Assembly: GCA_000091205.1 (NCBI GenBank)
Contig: AP006498.2
Origin: Cyanidioschyzon merolae
Taxonomy: Eukaryota
DNA: 64,000 nt
Reading direction: 5' to 3' (one strand)
In this document: positions 44,796 through 54,577 of the stretch, one piece after another
Position numbering within the stretch: the stretch's first letter is position 1
How the letters are laid out: each line of letters starts with the position of its first letter
Position numbers and translations under genes: made by a program
The notes under the pieces: generated by a model
The model's database searches: none
Told to the model about the DNA's origin: nothing
What the model saw: only the letters and a program-made list of their open reading frames with translations

Positions 44796-46426
44796 TGTTG
44801 CTCGTTAGACAACTTGTACGCTTCAGTCGTGCGTCTGTTGTCGTTTCGTGGCGCTACACCGGTGTCAGACGATAAGGCAACACCGTACTAGTCGCTCTTT
44901 TCCTGCTTTCCGACTTTTGTCTGAAGTTTTCTTAGATCCATAGCCTTGATCTTCTAAGTGCGGCAATAAGGGGATAACGGAAACATACGTAGTTCTAGGA
45001 TTCTCGGTCGCATTTTCAGATAGATCCTACGACGCTTTGTCGGTACAGTTCGTCACGTTTCCGAAATCACGATGATTGCCGACACTCTCAGTCAAGATTT
45101 TAGAAAATAACCTATAAGATTATCCATTTCTTATGAACAAGCTTCCACGCTTCTGATTCCCGTGCTTGGAGCAAGCTCAAATCATATCTTTCCAGGGTTT
45201 GCCATCTTTGGTTTCACCTGGCAAGTCGCATGCGCCGCCATTCGCAACGCTCCGTTGACGAGGACAGTAACGCAACCAAGTGCCTTGTGGACTTGATCTC
45301 CAGCCGGGTTTTCCCTTTCCAGGCATGTTCCATTATGGACAGTGTCGCGTTCCGCGATCCCGCTATCGAATGGGACAGCGCACGCCTGCTTGTACAGCGA
45401 ACAGCGTACTTGTCGAGTAGCTCGACCAGCAGAAACCGCACGTTGTAGCGTACAGCAACTGGATTAACAACGGAGGAGGGCATCGTGCGGAGCCTTGTGT
45501 ACTTTTCAAGGGATGCACGCGGCGATGAAGCAAGCGTTTCTCGCGACTCAGACAGGTCCGCGATCCGAAGTGGAAGCATCCGTGAACACGCGAGGATACC
45601 TGGCCTCAGTCCATAATCACCGGTGCGAAGCGCGTACCGAATGCATTCTGCAAAGAAGATAGCAATCGCGCTTCACGCGTAGATCGTCACTACCGCGCAT
45701 GCATGAGATGCTTCGACGAGAGCAGCACGTCACAAACTCGGGACGCGAACGTCGCCGTGAACATTTTTACAGCTGGCAGCGGAGCTGAAAAGAACCGTTT
45801 AACCGGATGTTTGAAAGCCCATGATAAGAGAGCGAGAGAACGGAAGCAGACGCGGAAACATCCGCAAACCCCGGTGTTGATGATACTGGGAAACCCTCAA
45901 ACCTCACATTGTACGCCCACTTGATAGGACCTGGTCCATTGAACCCTGGCACGGGTGTAGACAGGGAGCGCAGAGCGACCTTGCGTCGCGAGTATAAAAC
46001 AAAACAATACTGGGGGTGGTATGATCAACAGCAGGCAACCGAGCATTCAGCGCCTCGTTGACGCTACGTCAGGGCATAGACTAGCAAGCACGCTTACCGC
46101 TGCTGCTGCTGCCCTCAAGACGTCATACAGCGCGCTACACCATTGATTGATCACTAGACAAGAAGGCTGGCGTTCTCAGGCAATGGGACTTGAATCATGT
46201 ACACACTTTACTTGGCCGTCCATGATGCTGCCCCTCGAGAGGCTTCCATGTATTGCTTTCCTGAGAGAAGACAGCACAGCAGAAACACGCCTCATTCAAA
46301 GTCGCATCCAGTCAAGGAGCGGACGCTACTCCTGACGATGACGCTTCATTGGCTGAGCGCCGTGGTTTGAGTGCGTGCGTTCAACAGAATGCTCGAACAG
46401 CAGACGTTTTTCCGCACTGCTCGCTC

Positions 46427-48412
46427 CTAGTCGACTTCTTCGACAGTTGGGCCGCTGCCAGTGCCAGCGCCGCCAGCACCAGGCATGCCGCCAGCTCCAG
46501 GCATGCCGCCAGCTCCAGGCATACCACCGGCACCTGGCATGCCATCTGCAGCGCCGCCAGCTTGCTGGTACATGCGAGTGAAGATGGGCATGGTAACGCT
46601 TTCCAGCTCTTTCTGCATGTTCTTGATCTGATCGAGCGAAGCAGTGGCGCCGTTTTCTTCGAGCCATTCCAGCACTTCTTTGGTCTTGTCAAGAATCTTC
46701 TGCTTGTCGCCGGCGCTGAGGCTCTGAGCTACCTGTTCCTCTTCCACGGTGCGCTTCGCCGAATAGGCCAGCTGCTCGAGCGAGTTGCGCGCCTCGACCG
46801 TGCGTCGGACTTCTTCATCCTTCGCCTTCATGGCCTCTGCCTCCTTCACCATGCGCTCAACCTCCGCCTCGCTCAGCCGACCCTTTTCATTCTTAATCGC
46901 AATCCGTTCACTCTTACCGGTAGTCTTGTCAACTGCTGTAACATTCAGGATGCCGTTCGCATCGAGGTCAAATGTGACCTCAATCTGAGGCACACCCCGT
47001 GGTGCCGGCGGAATACCTGTCAAGGTGAACTGTCCCAACAGGTGGTTGTCCTTGGTCATAGCGCGCTCGCCTTCATAAACTTGAATCGTGACAGCAGGCT
47101 GATTGTCGGCATAGGTTGTGAAGATCTGGCTCTTCTTTGTCGGGATTGTGCTGTTCCGCGGAATCAAAACAGTCATGACACCTCCGGCGGTCTCAATACC
47201 GAGCGAGAGAGGCGTCACGTCGAGCAACAGAATGTCCTTGGTCGTTTCAGACTCATGGCCCGACAAGATTGCAGCCTGGACGGCTGCTCCGTACGCCACC
47301 GCCTCATCCGGATTGATTGACTTGCAGAGCTCCTTGCCATTGAAGAACTGGCTAAGAAGTTGCTGAATCTTTGGAATGCGTGTCGAGCCGCCGACGAGAA
47401 CGACGTCGTCAACTTGGCTCTTCGACAAATTCGCGTCCTTCAGGACCCTCTCAACAGGATCGAGGGTGCTGCGGAACAAATCTCCGCAGAGCTCCTCGAA
47501 CTTGGCTCGAGTGATTGAGCTGTAAAAGTCAATGCCGTTGTAAAGGGAATCTATCTCAATCGTCGCTTGCGTCGCCGACGACAGCGTCCGTTTCGCCCGT
47601 TCGCACGCCGTCCGCAATCGCCGCATGGCTCGATTGTTCCCAGTAATGTCTTCCTTGTACTTGCGCTTGAACTCCTTCACGAAATAATCCACCATTCGCG
47701 AATCAAAGTCCTCGCCACCCAGATGAGAATTGCCAGAGACTGCGCGCACCTCGAAGATGCCCGAATCGACGCTCAGCAAGCTCACATCGAATGTTCCACC
47801 ACCAAGGTCGTAAATCAGCACATTGCGCTCCTTGTTATCACTCGTCTTCTTATCAATACCATACGCGATTGCGGCTGCCGTCGGCTCGTTGATGATGCGA
47901 AGGACGTTCAGACCGGCGATCGTACCAGCATCCTTTGTCGCCTGGCGCTGGGAATCATTGAAATATGCCGGCACTGTGATAACAGCATCAGTAACCTTCG
48001 TTCCCAGGTATGACTCCGCAATATCCTTCATTTTCGTCAACACCATGGCACTGATCTCCTCCGGGGAGAACCGTTTCACGTCGCCATGTGCGACAACCTG
48101 GATGAGCGGCTTGTCACCCGGGCCTTGAACGACCTTGAATGGCCAGTGCTTCATATCCTCCTGCACGGTAGGATCAGAGAACTTACGTCCAATGAGACGT
48201 TTCGCGTCAAAGACAGTATTCTCGGGGTTCAGCGCTACCTGGTTCTTCGCGGCGTCTCCGATGAGGCGCTCCGTCTCCGTGAAGGCAACATATGACGGGG
48301 TCGTCCGGTTGCCCTGCTCGTTCGCAATAATCTCAACCTTGTTGCCTTCCATAACGGCAACGCACGAGTAGGTCGTGCCAAGGTCAATTCCGATCGCCTT
48401 TGCCTTTGACAT
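46427..48412 (-). CDS. HSP70: Cytosolic heat-shock protein 70 (HSP70/HSPA family)
   Basis: [26 protein letters not shown] and [14 protein letters not shown] signatures are present. A C-terminal (GMPGAG)n repeat is followed by the EEVD cytosolic tail. The 661-aa ORF is uninterrupted with an ATG start. Confidence 0.95.
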   Translation of the reverse strand: MSKAKAIGIDLGTTYSCVAVMEGNKVEIIANEQGNRTTPSYVAFTETERLIGDAAKNQVALNPENTVFDAKRLIGRKFSDPTVQEDMKHWPFKVVQGPGDKPLIQVVAHGDVKRFSPEEISAMVLTKMKDIAESYLGTKVTDAVITVPAYFNDSQRQATKDAGTIAGLNVLRIINEPTAAAIAYGIDKKTSDNKERNVLIYDLGGGTFDVSLLSVDSGIFEVRAVSGNSHLGGEDFDSRMVDYFVKEFKRKYKEDITGNNRAMRRLRTACERAKRTLSSATQATIEIDSLYNGIDFYSSITRAKFEELCGDLFRSTLDPVERVLKDANLSKSQVDDVVLVGGSTRIPKIQQLLSQFFNGKELCKSINPDEAVAYGAAVQAAILSGHESETTKDILLLDVTPLSLGIETAGGVMTVLIPRNSTIPTKKSQIFTTYADNQPAVTIQVYEGERAMTKDNHLLGQFTLTGIPPAPRGVPQIEVTFDLDANGILNVTAVDKTTGKSERIAIKNEKGRLSEAEVERMVKEAEAMKAKDEEVRRTVEARNSLEQLAYSAKRTVEEEQVAQSLSAGDKQKILDKTKEVLEWLEENGATASLDQIKNMQKELESVTMPIFTRMYQQAGGAADGMPGAGGMPGAGGMPGAGGMPGAGGAGTGSGPTVEEVD

Positions 48413-48667
48413 TGTTCAAAGCTCGTTAACAGGAACTATTCCACGAACACGAGTTAAACGTCCAGTCTGAACACTCTGTCTCACTTGCTCCGCAACAAGA
48501 ACAATATGCTCCCGTACCGGAACTCGCTCCTCTGACACACGTGTTCTAGCGAACGGCGCGTGTTTGACTATGAACACCAATGACTCTTAAGTAGACGCCC
48601 ATTGTATGAATGGGGCCGCGACACGATCGCTAGCGACGCGTCGATCGGCGCGCCGCAGCGATCGTGC

Positions 48668-48690
48668 GCCGACGGTTCGCGAAGGATTCG
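48668..48690. promoter_or_regulatory. Candidate heat-shock-element-like dyad in HSP70 upstream region
   Basis: gTTCgcGAAggaTTCggaAGc contains an inverted TTC/GAA dyad about 260 bp upstream of the HSP70 ATG and about 25 bp from the Fanzor-like element end. The spacing is imperfect (one 3-nt spacer), so this is weak. Confidence 0.25.
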
Positions 48691-48873
48691 GAAGCTTTGC
48701 CGCGAAAAACGCCAGCGGCGTACAGTAGTGGCAGCGACCGCGCCTTAGACAAATCGTTCTCAGCTGACGTGCAGACGCCTCCCAGCCTTTCTCGACCGGC
48801 CACCTACTACTGCTTCCAACTTCTTCTCATATAGTTCGACTTTGAGGGGTTGTCCAACAAAGTTCTCTCTTGT

Positions 48874-50274
48874 CTATTCTGGAGATCTGTTCTCCAGCAC
48901 CGCACATCTCCGTATATTGCTAGGGGCATGAAAGTCACGATTCACACACTCCATACGGTTCTTGCCATCATTGGTTGTACTTACTAACGCAGGCAATCCT
49001 CGAACGTTCGCCCTCCTTTCCATTTGCTCCTCTGTTAGCGGTCCGTACTTTGCGATTTCCTCAGGGCACCGCTGGCACTTGTCTATCTCGACCGTCTGAA
49101 GTGTACAACCCAGCTCGTGGTGTGTATAGGACGTTCGGAACTCATCTACAGGTATCGTGACGAGACGCCTTCCACACTCCTTGTACGTTCTTGTTGTTGG
49201 AGCTGGTATGCACCCCTTTTGGGTCTTCCATCGCCCTGCTCCATACGCTACGACGAGCCTTTGACTCTGGTCCCCGTTGAGCGCACGCAACTGATTGAAA
49301 AAGTTGGCAAACGCCCGCTGCCTCCCACAGTGTAGATTCATACGCAGACGGGCCCACCGAGGCTTTGTATATTCCTTCCACAGCGCATCCCAATGGGCAA
49401 CACGAACTTCCATGAATTTCCGAAAAGCTCGAAAGTCCGCTCCTCGGCTCGTCACCTCGCTCATAGCTTCCAGGTGCTCTTTCATTCCTGAATTCCACGT
49501 TTCGATTTTCTTCGTCGCATTTATGACACCGGATTCTCGATAGAATCTCGCTCTCGAGAACGTCAACAGACGGATGTCTTTCTGACGTAAGTTGCCGTAA
49601 GTACCATCTTCCGCCCGCTTCGGTGCTGCGATGGTTATGGTATTTGTGCTTCCGGGGTCCGTGCCAACGACAAAGTCGATATCCTGCACTTTCTGCTTCT
49701 CAGAACCCGCCTTCTTGTTCTCTTCATTCTTTACCGCGCCAACGACAAGGTCGTTATGCTCCACCTCCTGCATCGCAGGATCCGCCGTCTTCTTATCTTC
49801 ATCCTTCGTCACGTCAACGACAAGGTCGTTATCCTCCACCTCCTGAATCGCACGTTCCTCCTCTTTGTTTTCTTCATCCCTCGTCACGGGCGAAGTCAAA
49901 GGCGGAACTGGCCGATCTGTCTTCAACCGCCGATCGTGTACACAAAAGGCTACCCCATCGGTTTCGATCTTCCCAGTGAATACATTTTGCTTGCTCACTT
50001 TGGGACGCTTGGAATCGGAGATACGCTTCCAGTGGGTCTCCCGGTTTTCGCCGGTGAAATCCTTCCTGCTAACACTGAACTTCGGTCCGATCTCCCTCAT
50101 GATGCCGTAAAGGACGCCGGAGTCGATACTCACGAAGTATGACTTGATATTGGACAATGGAACCACGCCGGAGCGCTTCCCCACTAGGACAGCCTTCCGT
50201 CTCTCCCACTCTTCATTTGTCTCTTCACTCAGCTTCATCTCCGCCTTGCGTTCGAGCTCTCGGTCCAGAAACAC
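48874..50274 (-). CDS. TnpB/Fanzor-like RuvC-fold nuclease homolog (OMEGA-type RNA-guided endonuclease family)
   Basis: RuvC-I: [20 protein letters not shown] (D at about residue 206). Zinc-finger region: [13 protein letters not shown]...EIDKCQRC...MEC. RuvC-III: [15 protein letters not shown] (compare TnpB DRDxNAAxNIxxxG). The canonical RuvC-II glutamate is replaced ([11 protein letters not shown]). A 2-unit 25-aa acidic repeat sits just N-terminal to RuvC-I. The ORF track start is GTG; the first in-frame ATG is at codon 13. Confidence 0.75.
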   Translation of the reverse strand: MFLDRELERKAEMKLSEETNEEWERRKAVLVGKRSGVVPLSNIKSYFVSIDSGVLYGIMREIGPKFSVSRKDFTGENRETHWKRISDSKRPKVSKQNVFTGKIETDGVAFCVHDRRLKTDRPVPPLTSPVTRDEENKEEERAIQEVEDNDLVVDVTKDEDKKTADPAMQEVEHNDLVVGAVKNEENKKAGSEKQKVQDIDFVVGTDPGSTNTITIAAPKRAEDGTYGNLRQKDIRLLTFSRARFYRESGVINATKKIETWNSGMKEHLEAMSEVTSRGADFRAFRKFMEVRVAHWDALWKEYTKPRWARLRMNLHCGRQRAFANFFNQLRALNGDQSQRLVVAYGAGRWKTQKGCIPAPTTRTYKECGRRLVTIPVDEFRTSYTHHELGCTLQTVEIDKCQRCPEEIAKYGPLTEEQMERRANVRGLPALVSTTNDGKNRMECVNRDFHAPSNIRRCAVLENRSPE

Positions 50275-50308
50275 AAAGTACCGTAGGACGAGGCGATAGT
50301 ATCGTTCC

Positions 50309-50947
50309 TTATCTTTTTTTCAACTCTGATATCTTTTCTGTTTGATTCGCCAACCCCAGTACCGCACGGTGCTCTTGTACAGTCGCCCGGATCACAGAAG
50401 CTTCATTCGCGCTCTCGTTTGACGCCTTCTTCTCGACAAATTCGACCTCATCTTCATGCTGTCGATCTTTCGTGATGCCATTGATAGTCGCCCATTTTCC
50501 TTTGCGAGAGATGCCCGGGCGGAGTGCAACCGCGGCGCGGATCACGAAACGTTCGAGGTTCGTTGTCAAACGGCTCGTCAGGTTCGTGAGGTACTTCATC
50601 GCCCCGTGGTCGTAAATATCCGCGCCACCCCTGTATCGGGTACGCTCGAAGCGGAATGCCGCGAAGTTTTCGTGGAGGGCATGCACTAGCACATTTTCCC
50701 TCCACGTTCCTGCTGTACAAAGCATCAGGTAGAGAAAAATCGTCTTGTCGAAAACCTCGTCCGGAATCTCGACCGATTCCATGTGCGTCACGTCGAGATA
50801 CATCTCCCTCGCCAGATGCATCAGTCCTGACGAAGCCTTTATAATACTCATGGAGTACGACTCAACACGGTTTCTAGTTGCCTCCCGTAACTTCTCCACC
50901 CACGCATTCTTGATATGTTTAAGAAGACAGGCTTTCACCACCGTCAC
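50309..50947 (-). CDS. ORF-A: probable N-terminal extension/exon of the Fanzor-like protein, separated by a +1 frame break at an A7 run
   Basis: The 212-codon ORF ends ...ISELKKR-stop at an AAAAAAA run. With A6 the frame would read ...[28 protein letters not shown]... directly into the nuclease ORF. The frame is also open upstream of its GTG start-type codon. A 77-codon KR-rich ORF (50944-51177) lies in another frame across the poly-T runs. Confidence 0.55.
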   Translation of the reverse strand: MTVVKACLLKHIKNAWVEKLREATRNRVESYSMSIIKASSGLMHLAREMYLDVTHMESVEIPDEVFDKTIFLYLMLCTAGTWRENVLVHALHENFAAFRFERTRYRGGADIYDHGAMKYLTNLTSRLTTNLERFVIRAAVALRPGISRKGKWATINGITKDRQHEDEVEFVEKKASNESANEASVIRATVQEHRAVLGLANQTEKISELKKR

Positions 50948-51919
50948 GTAGGACTCTTGTTTTTCGTGCAGCTTCTGACGTGGGCTCTCCCTCTTCTGCG
51001 TCTTTGTCTTTTCCTGTTACTCTCCGCCGGGCACTGTTTTTTGTTTTTTTTTCTGGCAGCCGGCGACACCTGCCTTCCAGGATCCTCCACTTGCTTTTCC
51101 AGAAATTTCCTTTTTTTCGAAAAAGAACGCGCTTTGAACGCTTCTGTTATAAACTGCGAAGAATCAACCGAATACACTCATTTGAGCGTTGAAACACGAC
51201 TGAGATGAAGTAATATATTTCGCTACGATTCCAATGCAAATACATGTTTTACGTTAAAACAACAAGTCAACGAATGGTCAGGATCGCGTTTCCCTTCAAC
51301 GGCGAGATGCGCGTCGTACCTCATGCCTGCCGGTTATGGAGGTGCGCATCTCGACCGCACTATATGCAGCAAAGAACAGGACTAGCTACTGACTAGCAAT
51401 GAGATGACCATTTCTTTCCCACTCTACAGTAAACGTTAAAAGGGCAAATGTTGCCATATCGTCGGAAGCTTACCTTCCAGGCGAAAGGTCCAGCGAGCCG
51501 GACGAGTCTCCGGGGGTTCGTGCTTCATGGCTTCCCCTTCGCCACCCCAGTGCCAGGTGCTTTAGTGATATCTGACCAACTCATCCCCGAAGCGGTTTAT
51601 TCCGGCATTAAGGGTGCTCAGGCAGCGTCTGGGCGTCGCCCTGGTCGCAGCGCATTCGGTGGTACGCCTACGCTGTTCTGTCCCTGTGCAGCATCCGCTC
51701 CAGCGGTACAAGCGCTGCGGCGGGTGCTCACCGCAGGCTCGGCGCACGAAAGAACGCACAAATCGACCAATCTAGCGGAAAGGGAGTCTAAGTAATGGAA
51801 CCTGGAGGCAGGGTGCACCATGATGGGCGCTTTCCCGAAAGCCGATATCCATCCCGCAATCCGTGATCCACGGTCAACGAATAGGTTTTCTCAGACCAGA
51901 AAAAGAACAAGACACGACG

Positions 51920-52600
51920 CACATCTCGCCGTTGAAGGGAAACGCGATCCTGATCATGAACGTGTCGCTCTAACGGACAAGACGTGTTAGGGTTGAAGGG
52001 GCAGCAAGGTCTAGTCTTTCAATGCATTCGTGTTCCACTAGCCTCGTAGAGTATTCAAGTGGTTTTTCGCGGTTAACAGCAGATGCGTTCCAAGTGCGTT
52101 CGTTCTCAAAAAAAATAGAATGCAATGGTATGGACGTGAAAGTCGAGGATACCGGAGGACCGTCATTGCCGAGTTCGACAAGCAAAATGAGGAAATCCTC
52201 TTCCCGCCGACCACCTATCCAAGAAGAACAACGGGTGACGACAACGAAGACGATGACGATGACGACGATGCGATATAGGCGAGAAAAGGTGTTTGCTCAC
52301 CGGTACGTTTACGAAACTGTGGTGGCACAGAGAGCACGAGTTCGAGGCGTCTTCGCAAAGCGAGGTTCCACCATCGGCCATAAATGCAAGGAGTTCGTCG
52401 ACCGAGACCCCAACGTCGCCATCATGATCAGATAATATGCAGAGCGAAAGACTTTACCCGAGGAACTGACGCGATCTGACTTGCGGGGCAGTCTCTCAGG
52501 GTCTCCGTACACAACCAGAAGCTGAAGCCGACAGCAGGGCCCGGTCCAGCACGGCAGGGAGGCGTCTGCGGGTAGATATCCATGTATACGACATGGTCGT
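51920..52600. repeat. Dispersed repeat family X (copy 2), beginning with an inverted copy of a roughly 230-bp module of the Fanzor-like element 5' region
   Basis: 51920-52145 is the reverse complement of 51095-51320. The match is near-perfect over the 40-bp core tcaggatcgcgtttcccttcaacggcgagatgcgcgtcgt and about 70% elsewhere. 51990-52600 is homologous to 27225-27830. Confidence 0.6.
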
Positions 52601-54577
52601 GGGACGTTTTTGTTCCACTGACAGGTGCGTTCGAGTTACATAGAACTGAACAGATCCACGGACAAAGACGTATGCACTAATATTTCGGCTTCTTTAAACG
52701 ACGCTGGTCTCTCCTTTCTCTCCGGCGCTGTTCATAGCAGTCGCACGATATTGGCGGTGGTGGTGTTCAGGCCCCGATTCCATAGCTGCCGACTCTTGTC
52801 TAGGCATTCCATGCACTGCCAAAAGTTGCCATCTTCGCTTCGCTTGCCATGTGCACCTTCTCTCCACTCTGTTGCGGTGCGCCCGTCGCAGCGTTGCCGC
52901 TTGGCTGTGGTCTGGCGGTCACATGCCACCAGCATACTTCGTCATCTGACGGCTAGTCGCTGACACGTGAACGCTCGCGTCGACGCTCCGTAACTGTGTG
53001 TGGCGGGTCCAGAAGCCTCACCTCAGTGCCCTGCTCCGTTCTCGCACCAGCTGCCGTAACCTACGCTCACGGGCTTCTGCTGGGCGATCGCCTCGGCGAG
53101 AGCGCTCCCCGCAGCACACGCCTGCGCATGCTGCTCCCTTCTCTAGACGACTCGTCGAAGGCGATGCTCTCCAGACAGGAACAGGTACCGCAACGAACCT
53201 CCCAGGCCGGCGTGCACGTCGTGAACTCTCGATCTGTCTTCGCTCGCTTCGCGCAAAGCAGTGACGCACACTCTACTCAAAGTCATCGCAGCGATGAGTA
53301 AAGCCCGGGTCCAAGACCCCTTTCCATGCGCAGAAAAGAGACGGGCGCCTCTGAGCGCATGTTCCGGGAACTGCACCATACTGCCAATGAGTGCCGCTCC
53401 GTCGATAGCCCCACATAGAGGTGGCATTGCCTCTCAAGCGAAACTGCCTGTTTGCAGTGATAAGCTGCGTGACGTTTCAGCGAGAGTCTGTGAACGAGTC
53501 GTCACGGCCTCAACCCAGGTATTTTTCGTCGTTCATCCAGCGACGTGAAGTGCTGCACCCGAGTGTCGCCTTGAAACAGAGGCATCGAACCTTGGCGCAT
53601 GCGAGTGATTCGTGCACGCTACACTTAGGAATATGAGAAGCGCAGAGGCTTGTACACATGTCGTGGAAGAAGATGCCTTTTATGTGATGAATCCTTGCTC
53701 GTGGGTGCCGCGCATCATTCAAATGACGGTGACGTGACGAATGCGAGCGGCAGAGGGTCTACAAAGCAACTCCGGATGTGCGACCCTGATTCCTACAGCT
53801 ACTTCCCAGTCCATGAGCCCGCACTGTTGCACTTTGCATCTACAGGCTGGAGATCTAAAACAATTGCGGAAAAATCTCAAGCCAGGAACTGCGCGAGCAG
53901 CTCAGTTCTCCACTTTAATCTGACTTAAGAATAGGATGCCATGGGTGCCTACAACTGGGACTCCGCGCGAACACGCTGCAGAAGCGTTGTTGCAGCCTCT
54001 GGACTGCAGGGAGCGCCACGCGGCGAACCAGGCCCTTTCCGCATACGACAACCCGACTCGCCAGGCTGTGACCTGGCCATACCTCAGATGGTGCTTCAGC
54101 GAACCTTGGTTCCGGACGGCCGACTTCATACGCTGGACATAGGAGCATTGCGTACTCTTTTGATCCTTCGAGAAAACATGTAATCGTTATGTGGGAACGA
54201 GCAACGCCCCTCACGGAGCATGCCACATTCGTTCTCCTGTTGCTCAACTGCCCCCCAGCCGCGGTGTCTGACGAGACGTTTGCTCTCGGGGACACCCGAC
54301 AAGTTAAATACGAACGGATTCGGGCATCCCAGGCCCGCTGATGCTATTCGAGAAGGCATACGCCTGTCGTAAATGAAACGCAATGTGTACCTCTATGGCG
54401 CACCCTCTGACGAGCAGATGCCAACACACGCGCGCTCGAAGACTGCTCCCGAAAGAAGGCCTTCCAGGACACGTAAGAGCTCTTCAATAGCATAGTGCTT
54501 GCAGCTGGTTCTGCTCAGTCCGCTCAGAGCGACGCTAGACCTCACACTGATTCCGTAGGAGCTTGCAACACAGTGCA

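Larger units (their letters stand above)
48712..51880 (-). mobile_element. Fanzor/TnpB-like element, copy B (most complete copy in window; about 3.2 kb)
   Basis: The left boundary is defined by loss of similarity with copy C beyond about 48712-48722. The right boundary is defined by loss of similarity with copy A beyond about 51880. The element contains the NLS-like basic ORF (50944-51177), ORF-A (50309-50947) and the TnpB-like nuclease ORF (48874-50274) in three different frames, plus subterminal hairpins at both ends. Confidence 0.8.

Noticed and set aside
50309-50947. ORF-A as an IS200/IS605 TnpA (Y1 HUH transposase), considered because of the HALHE (H-x-H) motif.
   Set aside because: ORF-A lacks the TnpA N-terminal beta-strand context. 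There is no appropriately placed catalytic Tyr helix. It is 212 aa versus about 140 aa. The frame reads through to the nuclease ORF when one A is removed. It is more likely an N-terminal extension of the Fanzor-like protein.
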